A stretch of 62,987 nucleotides of DNA, counting the filler, from Hyphochytrium catenoides (lineage: Eukaryota; Protista; Hyphochytriomycota), in the NCBI GenBank assembly GCA_900088475.1. It is 8 parts of 8 records of this genome, joined end to end, with 100 filler letters (N's around TTAATTAATTAA, not from the genome) between each part and the next. Parts side by side here need not be neighbours in the genome. Positions count along the whole stretch, not along the records: positions 24,660 to 28,794 come from FLMG01003610.1; positions 28,895 to 35,756 come from FLMG01004174.1; positions 35,857 to 43,284 come from FLMG01004204.1; 5 more parts are not named here. The stretch is one strand, 5' to 3'. A program made the position numbers and the translations under genes. The notes under the pieces were generated by a model that saw only the letters and a list, made by a program, of their open reading frames with translations, searched no databases and was not told the DNA's origin. Of this stretch, positions 27,671 to 38,460 are shown piece by piece; the first letter of the stretch is position 1; each line of letters opens with the position of its first letter.

Positions 27671-28753
27671 TCAGAACAGTCCGAATAGAGGTAACAATGC
27701 ACTGGTACCAGCAAGGACGACAGCAAGCTTCCTTGAGATATAGTAAGAAGCCGCCGCCGACTGTTGTTGTTCGTTGGTGGACATGGAAGTTGTAGGATCA
27801 GCAACAGTTTGAGGGGCTGTGGTTGGCGCTGCTTCTGTGCTTTTTTCCGTGTTGGTGGTAGGTTCTTCATTATTCAAAGTCCCAGGCTCAGAGGAAGGGG
27901 TCTCAGTCGACCTTCCATCTTCTGTGGCCGGCGCAGCAGTCGACCTTCCATCTTCTGTTGCCGGCGGAGAGCTGCTGGTGGGAGGCGTCCTAGTCTGACC
28001 GTCCTTGTTCTTCGGGAGTGCAGGAGCACAACCGCCCCCCTTCTTGCACTTATAGTCCTCACCAAAGCCAAATCGCCAAGAGCCAGACGCTGGGGCCGTA
28101 AAAGCAAAATAGCTCTCAGATGAGACCACCGTGAACGTTGCTTCCTTATTGCAAAGCATGCTTTTGTCTAGCTGGGCAAAGACAGATAGCTGGTAGAAAC
28201 TCTTGCTCGTGCTAATCACGGAAGTAGTTCCGCTAAAGGTCAGAAAGCCCTCCTCGGCCTCAACACGTAGATCCACGGTGGGGAAGTCCATGCCTGCGTC
28301 CCACTGAGAACGTGCTCCACTGACGGTGATGGGCCCCGATTGCATCTCACAGTCAGTCTTTACTTTTGCTTGGAATGCTAGGCGGCCTCCTCCTCCTCCG
28401 TCCTGCTGGATATAAACGGCCGCGGCTTTTCCACTGTTCGGTACTGGCCAAAAGTGCACCCCCATTGTACCGTAGTCCTGAGGGTTAATGGTGGAAATGG
28501 AAGCGTCGTTTCCCTCCAAAACCCCAAAGGTTGCTCGCTGATTCTGTCCATCGCTGAGGTAGCAGGTACCGTGTTCAGGTTGGCTGTCGTAGGTTCCGCC
28601 TGCTTCCGTACACTTCGCCTCGTCATACTCGTTGAATAGCACGTTAAACTCGTGAATACCTGCTGCTTCTGCTAGTATAGGGGCTTTTGAACCAGTAAGT
28701 AATGCGAGAAGGATCCCTGACACCATAGCAAGGCAGGATACACTTGCAACCAT
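27671..28753 (-). CDS. Intronless secreted GPI-anchored-type surface protein with S/T/P-rich stalk, unknown family
   Basis: 360-aa ORF with an N-terminal hydrophobic signal, a globular domain with paired Cys, PATEDGRST x2, a T/E/P-rich stalk and the tail QSAAASYYISRKLAVVLAGTSALLPLFGLF. Confidence 0.85.
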   Translation of the reverse strand: MVASVSCLAMVSGILLALLTGSKAPILAEAAGIHEFNVLFNEYDEAKCTEAGGTYDSQPEHGTCYLSDGQNQRATFGVLEGNDASISTINPQDYGTMGVHFWPVPNSGKAAAVYIQQDGGGGGRLAFQAKVKTDCEMQSGPITVSGARSQWDAGMDFPTVDLRVEAEEGFLTFSGTTSVISTSKSFYQLSVFAQLDKSMLCNKEATFTVVSSESYFAFTAPASGSWRFGFGEDYKCKKGGGCAPALPKNKDGQTRTPPTSSSPPATEDGRSTAAPATEDGRSTETPSSEPGTLNNEEPTTNTEKSTEAAPTTAPQTVADPTTSMSTNEQQQSAAASYYISRKLAVVLAGTSALLPLFGLF

Positions 28754-28794
28754 CCTGGTCTATTTGAGTTGTTTGTTCTGGGAAGCGGATGCGA

Positions 28795-28894
28795 NNNNNN
28801 NNNNNNNNNNNNNNNNNNNNNNNNNNNNNNNNNNNNNNTTAATTAATTAANNNNNNNNNNNNNNNNNNNNNNNNNNNNNNNNNNNNNNNNNNNN
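28795..28894. other. Artificial contig linker
   Basis: Same pattern; cuts IleRS mid-exon. Confidence 0.98.
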
Positions 28895-31355
28895 AAAAAG
28901 TATCTGGGCTGACCTGTGGCAAGCTCCATTCTCTGCACATTTTGAACGAAGAAGCGGAAGGCGTTGTACCAGGGAAGGAACACATCCTTCACAACCGAAA
29001 CTACACCCTCTTCCTACAAACAGAGAGAGGAAGACAAGCAACCAAACGACCATCATAAGCAAAAAGAGCCATCTATTTTCCTCTGCCTAAGCGGCATCCT
29101 TTTCCTCGCAGCACTCCTCTTTTTCTCTTTCTCTGGTCTCTCTCTCTTTCTCTCTCTCTCTGGCCTTTCTCTCTGGTCATCTCGCTCTTTGGTCTCTCTC
29201 ACTTCAGTCTCTCTTTCTCTCTCCTGCCCTCCTGTCTCTCTCCTCCTCCGTTCCTTTACTCTTCTCTCTGTCTCTCTCTCTCACACACCTTGAACTTGAG
29301 CGGCTCTGCCCTAACGACTGGAGAGTTGATCAGATAAAGTCTCAAAGCGTCCGCGCCGTGCTTCTCAAGAATCAAACGAGGATCTGGATAGTTCTTCAGA
29401 CTAGAGGAAAAGAGAGAAAGCAAGAGAGAGAGATCCAAAGAAGACAACGGAAAAGGGTTAGCATAGGGGCAAAAAGCAACGGAGTGAGCCTAAAGCAGAG
29501 AGAGAGAGAAGAGAGACACCTTCCCTCGCATTTCACTGTTATCAAGCTACCTGATACTCCTCTTATCTCTCTTTCTCATCTCTTGGCTCTGTCTTCTTGT
29601 CCACTTTCCTCCTAATTCCCGCTTCCGTTCTCTCTCTCTCTCTTTTTTTTTTCTCTCTCCCTCTCTCTTTCTCTCTCTCCTCCTCCTCCTTGATCTCTGT
29701 TTCCTCCTCTCTTCCTCATCCTTGCCCATTACTCTTTCGAATCCTCCTCCTCACTGTTTCTCTCTCTCTCTTTCCTCTCCCCTTTCTCTTTTCTCCCTTC
29801 TCCCTCCTCTCTCTCTCTCTTACCTCTTGCTCATCTTCTTCCCATCTGCGGCGAGGACCAGTCCATTTACAATGAGATTCTTGAAGGCTGGGCGGTCAAA
29901 GAGCGCGGTGGAGAGCACCATCAGCGTGTAAAACCAGCCGCGGGTCTGGTCCAGCCCTTCCGCGATAAAATCCGCCGGATAAATTCGCTGAAACTTTTCT
30001 TTGTTTTCAAAGGGATAGTGCTGTTGGGCATAGGGCATGCTGCCACTTTCAAACCAACAGTCGAAAACTTCCTCAATGCGGCGGAGATTTCCCTTTCCTG
30101 GAAGGCAGAGAGAGAGAGANNNNNNNNNNNNNNNNNNNNNNNNNNNNNNNNNNNNNNNNNNNNNNNNNNNNNNNNNNNNNAGAGAGAGAAGGTCAGAGAG
30201 CTTACAAGGCAGGAGGATGCGACCAAAGTGCCGGGATGGGAAAAAGAAGTAAGATGAGAGCCAGAATAGGCAGAAGGCCTGAATAAGAGAAAAGGTGAGA
30301 GTGAGAGAGAACTTCCAGGACCAAGTAAAAGTAGTGAAGAGACGAGACAAAGTGCCGGAGAGGGGACAGACAACAAAGAGAGGAAAGACGACCACTCAGC
30401 GGTGGCCAAGGAGAGGGAAGAAGAGCAATAGGGAAATCGGAGAGGATAGAGGGAAAGCTTTTAAGCGGAGAAAAGTGGAGAAGACAATGACACTATAAGG
30501 GAGAAGAGAGAGACGAACCTTTCTTCGAAGGGATGGTAACCTTGTCGATGAACTCTCTATGAAGATCGTCTCCAAGTCCCTTCTGTCCTGACAGTTCCTC
30601 CAGTTCAGCCACTGAACCCACACAAACAACCTCTTGGAAGTCATCGCTGAGGGGAGAGACGAGAGAATGGAAGAGAGAGAGAGAGTGGGAAGAAGTGCAT
30701 AGTAAAGTTAGAGGACAAAGTGAGACAATGAAAGAAACCGAGAAGAGACAAAAGGAAAAGGGACAGGTGCAAAAGAAACGAGTGCTAAGTCTGAGAGAGA
30801 ACGTGAGAGCGAGGACCATAGCAAGAGATGAAAGAGAGAAACTCAGGCAAAAGAGAGCCTCCTTTCTATCCCCGTCTTTCTCTTTCTCTTCCCTTCTCTC
30901 TCCTTCGTTCTCTTCCCTTCTCTCCCTCTCCTTCTTTCTCTTCCCTTCTCTCTCCTTCTTTCTCTCTCTCCCTTCTATCACTCTCTCACCTGACCCAGAG
31001 CGGCATGGGCGTTCCCCAGTATCTGTTTCTGCTAACATTCCAGTCCTGGGCGTCCTGGAGCCAGTTGTGGAAGCGTTTCTCTTTCACGAAGGAAGGCACC
31101 CAGAGTGTCTCTTTGTTATTAGCGATCAGACGCTCCTTGATTGCCGTAACCTAGAGAGAGAGAGAGAGAGAGATGGAAAGCGACAGACGTAGAGAGAGAG
31201 AGAGAGGAAGGAAAGAGAGAGAGAGAGAGAGTGAGGCAACAGCTTCTCCAACAACAGCGGAGGATCAAAGCGATGAGTACAACCAAGATAGAGGAAAAGA
31301 GACACAGTGTAAGGGTCAAGGGTTGGAGACAGGTGAAGGCAAATGAGAGCCACAT

Positions 31356-31388
<33 letters not shown>

Positions 31389-31486
31389 NNNNNNNNNNNN
31401 NNNGGATAAGAGTGCACAATCGTCCCTTTCACCAGCAGCCGACCCGCAGCCTTCAAATCCTCCATAATCTTCACATCAGCGTCCTG

Positions 31487-31517
<31 letters not shown>

Positions 31518-31773
31518 GGAGGGGAAGAACAAAGTAATAGAAGTTCAAAGCCATGGAGAGCGAAAGAAGAAGCATTCACGTATGAGAGGAACGGAGAAAG
31601 AGAGAGAGAGAGAGAAAAAGAGGAAACACCAACGCGAAGAATAAGGTGTGGAGAGACGCGATAGCAGAGAAAAGTGAGCCAGAAAAGATGAAAAAGATAA
31701 TCAACTATTATTAGAGATAGGGATAGACAGAAACTGACCAAAGAGAGGGAGAGACATCCATACAAACACATGG

Positions 31774-31824
<51 letters not shown>

Positions 31825-33679
31825 AGGAAGAGGGAGAGTCACAGGATCCTCCCTACCTTGACGTGCAGTCCCTTGTACTCCTTAACTCTTTCATCAAACT
31901 TCCCGTCCGCATCTACCGGGCACGGCACTTCTTCCTCTCTGGTGATCACGTCATGAGAGAGACACACGCGATAATCGTCTTCTCCAAAGGCAGGAGCCTG
32001 GTGAACCACGCCCACACCGCTGTCTTCCGTTACGTATTCGTCCTAGGGAGAGAGAGGAGAGATAGGAGAGAGAGAGAAAGGGATTCAGAGGGGTATCGTT
32101 ACAATGTGTTAGAGAAAAGAGAGAGAAGACATGGAGCTGAAAGAGGAGTGATTTCCTGAGCCCATGGACAAATGCAAATCGATAGAGAGAGCTGGCTGGG
32201 AAGTGGGGAGGAGGATGGGGGTTTGAGAGAGAGAGAAAGAAGGAAAAAGGGAGGATCCTTACCGTCATGACAAAGAAAGCATTGGTTCTCTCTTTAAAGT
32301 ACGGGAAGAGAGGCTCATACTTCAGTCCCTTCAGCTCTTTACCCTTGTAACGCTGAAGAATCTAATAGGAGAGAGACAGGAAAGGGAGTGTGAGAAAGAG
32401 AGAGAGAGAGAGAAACAAAGAAGAAAGTATGACACGGCTCCAGAACGTAGGTGGTACGATGGCTATCAATCTGAAAAGTGAGAAGGAGAGAGAGTCTCAC
32501 GTAAAAGACGAAGTAAAGAACTACGACGCTATTCATTAAGGGCCCCACAATCCTTTTCCGATCTTTCCTCCCTCTCTNNNNNNNNNNNNNNNNNNNNNNN
32601 NNNNNNNNNNNNNNNNNNNNNNNNNNNNACTCTCCGCCAGGGTAGTTTGGTTTCTTCATCTTGGGATAGACAGAGGCTAGCGCGCTGTTGGCCGCGCCAA
32701 GGATGTACTGCTTTCCAGTCTTTATGTCCTGTGAGGGTAGGGAAAGTGAAGAGGAGAAAGCAGAGAGAGAGGATGTGTTTGTGAGAGAGAGAGAGTGATT
32801 GGAGAAAGAGAGACAGAAAGGAAGAAATGGTAAGGGCTAAAAAGAGAAAGAGAATAGCACAAAGCAAGAAAGAAATATAGAAATGCCATAGTGTTAAGCA
32901 GTTGTGAAAGTAGACAAGAAAGAGAAGCAACACTAAAGTCCAAGTGCACCGATTGAGGACGCAGAGAAAGAACAAAGCGAACCAGAAAGAGGAAAAGCAA
33001 ATGAGAACAAGGAAGAGAAAGAGCAAGAGGAAGGGAGAGAAAGAGGAAGAGGAAGGGAGAGAAAGAGAGACAAAGAAGCTGAATGACACAGTCAAACGCA
33101 CCTTGATCTTCACGTACTCCAGCTCTGGGTGTACGCAGAGGCCAAGGTTGGAAGGAAGAGTCCAAGGAGTGGTCGTCCACGCCAGGAAAGCGGTCTAAAG
33201 ATAAACACGAGGAGGGAATGTGGAGAGAAGAGAGAGAGAGAGACCAGAGGGAGAGAGACACATAGACATGCAGAGAAAGGGAAAGAGAGAGAGAGGGAGA
33301 AAGGGACAAGTGAAAGTGAGTGACAGAATAGGCAGGGATCCAAGAGTTCGGTGTACGCGCAGATAAACCCAAACAATAAGACCCGGTGATTGCGAGAATA
33401 AAAGGAGAGAGAATGGGGAGGCGAGGAAGAAAGAAAGAGTAAAGAGAGAGAGAGACGGATAGAGAGACTGACCTCCTTATCATCCACTAGAGGGAACGTG
33501 ACGATAACAGCAGGGTCTGCGACGTCTTGATAGTTAAGATTCGCCTCGAAGTTGGAGAGAGGAGTCGTGCAGCCGGTGGAGTNNNNNNNNNNNNNNNNNN
33601 NNNNNNNNNNNNNNNNNNNNNNNNNNNNNNNNAACGAAAAGAGAGAGAGGGAACGGAAAGAGAGAGAGGGAAAGGGAGA

Positions 33680-33713
<34 letters not shown>

Positions 33714-34978
33714 TGGAACGGAAAGAGAGAGAGGGAACGGAAAGAGAGAGAGGCAACGGAAAGAGAGAGAGGGAAAGGGAGAGAGAGAGAGAGACAGAGA
33801 GAGAGTGTGAGTACTGAACCCTTGATTGTATTGGGTAGAAAGCAACATAGAGCGACTGTATTGGGTAGAAAGCAACATAGAGCGACAAGACGAACAGAGA
33901 AAGGGGACACACAGAGAGAAATGAAAGAGCAGAGTGAAGTTCTCAGTCGCTGCAGATAGCGAAAGTCATAGGATGAGGGAACATCCAGGAAGAGAGAAAG
34001 AGAGAAAGAGCGTTAGCTACTTACCCTTTTCGAAGAGCTGCTTGAACACCCACCAGACAGACTCCATATACCACGGCTCCATCGTCTAAAGCGACAAAGT
34101 GTCAGCTCTCTCTCTCTCCCCCTTCCATTACTCTCTGTTCCGCTCTCCTCACTCTCTCTCTCTCTCTCTCTCTGTCCATCTCCTCAGAGGTATGCAAGGG
34201 GAAGTAAACTTTTGGGGATGCAGGAAACTGGAGATAAGAAAGGATGAAAGGCTATATTGAAAGAGTATGCCATAAGAAGGGAGAAGCTTACGAGCGACAG
34301 ACTGACCAGAAAAAAAGGAGTGACGGACCTGACGAAGTAAAACGGAACCAAAGAGAAAGAAGGAAGACGGAGCGACAGAGACGGAGAACGACAAGAGAAG
34401 AGATGCAGAAAGAGTGAGAGAGAAAGGGAGAGAGAGAGACCGAGAGACATAAAGAGAGAGACGGAGAGATAGACATAAAGAGAGGGAGATAAAGAGAGAG
34501 ACGGTGAGAGAGAGAGAGAGAGAAACATAAAGACAGAGACGGAGAGAGAAAGAGAGAGACAGAGAGTGAGAGGAGCCTGACCTTATAATCATTCTGAAAG
34601 TCAATCCACCTGCCGATCCTGGTGACGGTGGCTTCCCATTCCTTTGTGTAGCGATCCACAATCCCGCGGCACTCCGCATTATACTTATCTATTCCCATCG
34701 ATAAAACCTAAATAAATGCAGAATAAAATAACATAAGACACTCCCTAGAGCATTAAGGGGCTTTAAGACTCTTAACCAGAAAATGAGGCACACAGAAAGT
34801 GCCACGCATAAAGTCTATCGAGATCAGCTTTTGGAAGAGAAAAAAGGGGTAATTGAAAGAATAAATCCGGATTAACTCTGATAAAAAAGGTTAAAAGATA
34901 ATTAAAAAGGAAGGCTGACCATGTCTCGGCCTGTGATCTTTAGCTTCTTGTCAATCTCAAACTCAACTGGCACACCTG

Positions 34979-35010
<32 letters not shown>

Positions 35011-35637
35011 AAAAAAGAGAGCAAGAGAGAGAAGAGAGGAAGAAAGAAAGAGAGAGTAAGAAAGAGTGAGGGAGAGACGGAAAGAGAGAGGAAAGGAGAG
35101 AGGGAGTGGGAAAGTGAGAGGGAGAAAAAAAAACGAGAGAGATAGAGAGAGAGAGAGAGGAAGTGAGCGGGACAATGTGTGATCGCGGGCGACAGACAGT
35201 GAGAGACGTTTGAATTCGATTGGCAGAAGAAGAGCAAGGCGAAGGTCTAAACAGCGGAAGAGGGAGAGAGACAGCGGAAGAGAGAGAGAAAAACTGGTTG
35301 GAGATAGCGCCTTCTCTTGTCAGGAAATGAAGAGGATATGACGCCACGAACTAAAAGATGCATAGTGGCAGAGAGAGAGCAGAAGACAAAATGCTGGCAG
35401 GAGAGTGCACGAGAAGAGAGATGCAGAAACAGGAGAGAGAAATGAGAGAGATTCGCGCAACTCAGAAAGAACCGAGAGAGAGAGAGAGAGAGAGGCGAGG
35501 TACGTTGAGAGGATGAGGAAAGGATAGGAGCTACAACATCGGAGCAAAGCAAAAGAAAGAAAGACTTGGTATAGTGTCAAAGAAAAAGGGAGAAGAGAGA
35601 AACTGATATCCAGGGAACGTAAACCGCGAGAGAGAGG

Positions 35638-35677
<40 letters not shown>

Positions 35678-35756
35678 GACACGGCTGTACTCACCATGAC
35701 AGTCCCATCCAAACCTTCTCTCTACATAATGTCCGGTCTGATGGGCGTACCGCGTA
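28895..35756 (-). CDS. IARS1: Cytosolic-type isoleucyl-tRNA synthetase, internal fragment (both ends cut by contig ends)
   Basis: Exons give [97 protein letters not shown]|SLKNYPDP and GADALRLYL. Confidence 0.97.
33827..33886. repeat. 30-bp tandem duplication in an IleRS intron, next to an AG-rich minisatellite (gagagagggaacggaaa)n
   Basis: tgtattgggtagaaagcaacatagagcgac x2. Confidence 0.9.
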
Positions 35757-35856
35757 NNNNNNNNNNNNNNNNNNNNNNNNNNNNNNNNNNNNNNNNNNNN
35801 TTAATTAATTAANNNNNNNNNNNNNNNNNNNNNNNNNNNNNNNNNNNNNNNNNNNN
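35757..35856. other. Artificial contig linker
   Basis: Same pattern; cuts IleRS mid-exon. Confidence 0.98.
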
Positions 35857-37799
35857 AGAGAGAGAGAGAGAGAGAGAGAAAAGGAGAAGAAGAGCGAAAG
35901 AAGAGGAGAACGCTAAAAGTTCCTGCTACAGAGGGAGACAGAGGATAAGAAGGTTGATGTCTGCTGATTGTCAGTGTGCTCATCACCTCATCAGCCCTGG
36001 CTGCACTAAGAAACGACAGGTAATCCAGCAATTGAACAGCAAGAGGGAGACCTAACTGAGAGACAGAACAGAATAGAGACAGAACAGAGAGACAGAAGAG
36101 AGAGACAGATGGGAACAGGGAGAGAGGGAGCCAGAACAAGGAGCCAGAATAAGGATGATTGGATAAAGGGAACTGCGACAAAATAAGGAGAGGGCTTGCC
36201 TTCGAACGGTTGACCTATACAGTCCTAGTGATTATACGACATCTTGGATAGGGGAATAGGTATATTGGAATGTCGAATTAGTCACAGCCTACCGATAATG
36301 AACTAAGTCGGGAGAGACTGTCGATAAGCCTAATATATTATGACCGTTAAGCAGTCCTAAGCTTATATGGCAGGAACTTTAGCCGTTCTCTCATTTACTC
36401 AGGTTTTGGACACTTGGTCTTGGAGCAGCAGTAGCTCTCTTCTTCTTCTTGAGGTTCTCATCACCGAATCCACCGCCGGCGGCTGATGACGAGGCCGCAG
36501 GAAGGCCTGCATGATATNNNNNNNNNNNNNNNNNNNNNNNNNNNNNNNNNNNNNNNNNNNNNNNNNNNNNNNNNNNNNNNNNNNNNNNNNNNNNNNNNNN
36601 NNNNNNNGAAAGATGGAGGAGCCCACTTGAACAGAGAGATAGCGAAGAATAAGACAAGACCACTTTACCATTCCTCTGCGTCAACACACCTCCTTACGCT
36701 GCTGCTGCTGCTGCAGCTTTTTTGTTGATTATTATTTAGCTTGCAGATCGCTACACATACTTGTACGTTGCATATCACTTGATCGAGTCTATTTCCTAGA
36801 TGATGTTGGTGCCTCCTGTTTTGTCTTTGGGAAGACTAATGCTGTTCTCATGCTAATAGTGCTCGTGCTGCGCTAGGCCTCAGCATGAGGCTAGGCACAA
36901 TCCTCTGGCTGATGTGTAGGCCGTAGAAAAAGTTGATAGCACAACTCTCATGAGTCGCGAGGAACATGAGGCGATAAGCAGAAGGCAATGGCGTCTGACT
37001 AAAAAATAATCGTTAGCAAGCAAGAACAGCAGCAGCACCTACTACCTTCTTCCAACCTTTAAAAGGTGATGCTGAATGCAGCTTGCTGAATATTAGAAGA
37101 CAGAGACGAACAAAATATCGCTAAGGAGAAGATGTTGCGCTTATCAGTCCAAGATGACAATTATCTGGCGACCAAAAGCATTATGATGATGATTATTGCT
37201 TTCCTACGGGCTACAGCTGTCTATAAGAATGTTCAATAAAGTGCCAATTTTTTAACCCGATAAGTTAGAAGTAGATGACCGCTTATGAAAGGAGTTCCGA
37301 TGATGTCAATTCTATGCTGCTAATCGGTAGAAGGAGCTCTGCTGCTCCCTTGGTGCAACCAGTAGGTACAAGGGAGCAACTGAACTCCTACTCACGATTA
37401 CCAGCAGGGAGGGCGTCCCGCCTATGATAGGCAAGGACGAAGAAGAAGAAAGAGTCAAAAGAACGCAAAGCAAAATATTCTTAGTAGCAAAAAGGTTCTT
37501 CCAAAGGAACCACCAAGCAGCTGCTGCTAAGTCTCCCATAACACTGTCCAATGACGCAGGAAGTAGCAGCAAAGCCAGCGAAGAATTTTTCAAGGAACCA
37601 AGCTGCTGCTAGTAGCTCTCATAACACTGTGCGTTGACAGCGTACAGCAATAGCAAGGTCATCACTGAAAGTTCTTCCACAAAGCAACCAAATTGCTTGC
37701 TGTGCCGTGCCTTGACAGAGTCAAGCAGCAGGGCGAAAGGTCCACAGGTAAGATCTCACACGGTCCATCTAAAAGCTCCCTTCACGAGAGTGCTGAGGC

Positions 37800-38460
37800 C
37801 TTCGCTCCATGCCTGGGACCCGGAATTCACTCAGCGGTCGGACCGTGCGGGTACTCTGAAGACGTTTCATCATAAACAGTGTCGCTAGCTCACCCAGGTA
37901 GCGAATGCTATCTTTATACCCATACGACCTTCCTCGCCACACAGCCCCCTGTGGGTCCAAGTCGATGTTCTGGGTGAGCCGGCTTATGGGGCGCTGAGCA
38001 CAGCAAGACCTGGACAGACACACACAAAACAGATGGAGATGGCACCCACAGTGCCCAGAGGAGTAGTGCAACAAGGACGACACCCAGCTCTATCTACATC
38101 TCAGGACCAATGGCGCTCGCAGGAACGGGTCAAGTGGAACTCACAATTGCGCCGCTTGCTCAAGAGTCTGGAGGTTCAGCTGAGGACCACGAGAAAGACT
38201 CGCAACGTGCAAAGGTTTAATGCTTGTTGATGCTAAACGTCGCTTGTTCTAAAGTCTTGAGGTTCAACAACTGAGAACCTTTGGGACTCCATAGCAAAGG
38301 AGGAGCAAGTTGGAATGCCCCTTGCCGTCCCGGTGCCAGTTGGTCTTTGAGTCTTAAGGTTGAGCTGGAAAATCGTAAAGTGAGAGGTATGACGATGGGC
38401 TTCTTTGTGAGAAGCCTTCTTCAAAGATAGAGAGATCCTCTTTCAACAAGCAAAATGCAC
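37800..38460 (-). mobile_element. Possible degenerate non-LTR retrotransposon RT relic
   Basis: In order: ISLSLKKASHKEAH (LDLKKAFDxVxH-like, ~38400-38436), RGIP (~38315), YKDSIRYLG (~37895-37918). Stops intervene and there is no intact YADD. Confidence 0.4.

Larger units (their letters stand above)
9940..35900. repeat. Dense (CT)n/(AG)n microsatellite and purine/pyrimidine tracts in introns and intergenic DNA (absent from 24660-28794)
   Basis: Directly visible; most internal N gaps abut these tracts. Confidence 0.97.

Noticed and set aside
29401-29823. Introns splitting signature motifs (KMSK|S here; also G|MN and LR|RG)
   Set aside because: Expected by chance at this intron density.
10068-36181. 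Many long ORFs rich in SLSLSL or RERERE
   Set aside because: They are translations of intronic (CT)n/(AG)n tracts, which lack stop codons.
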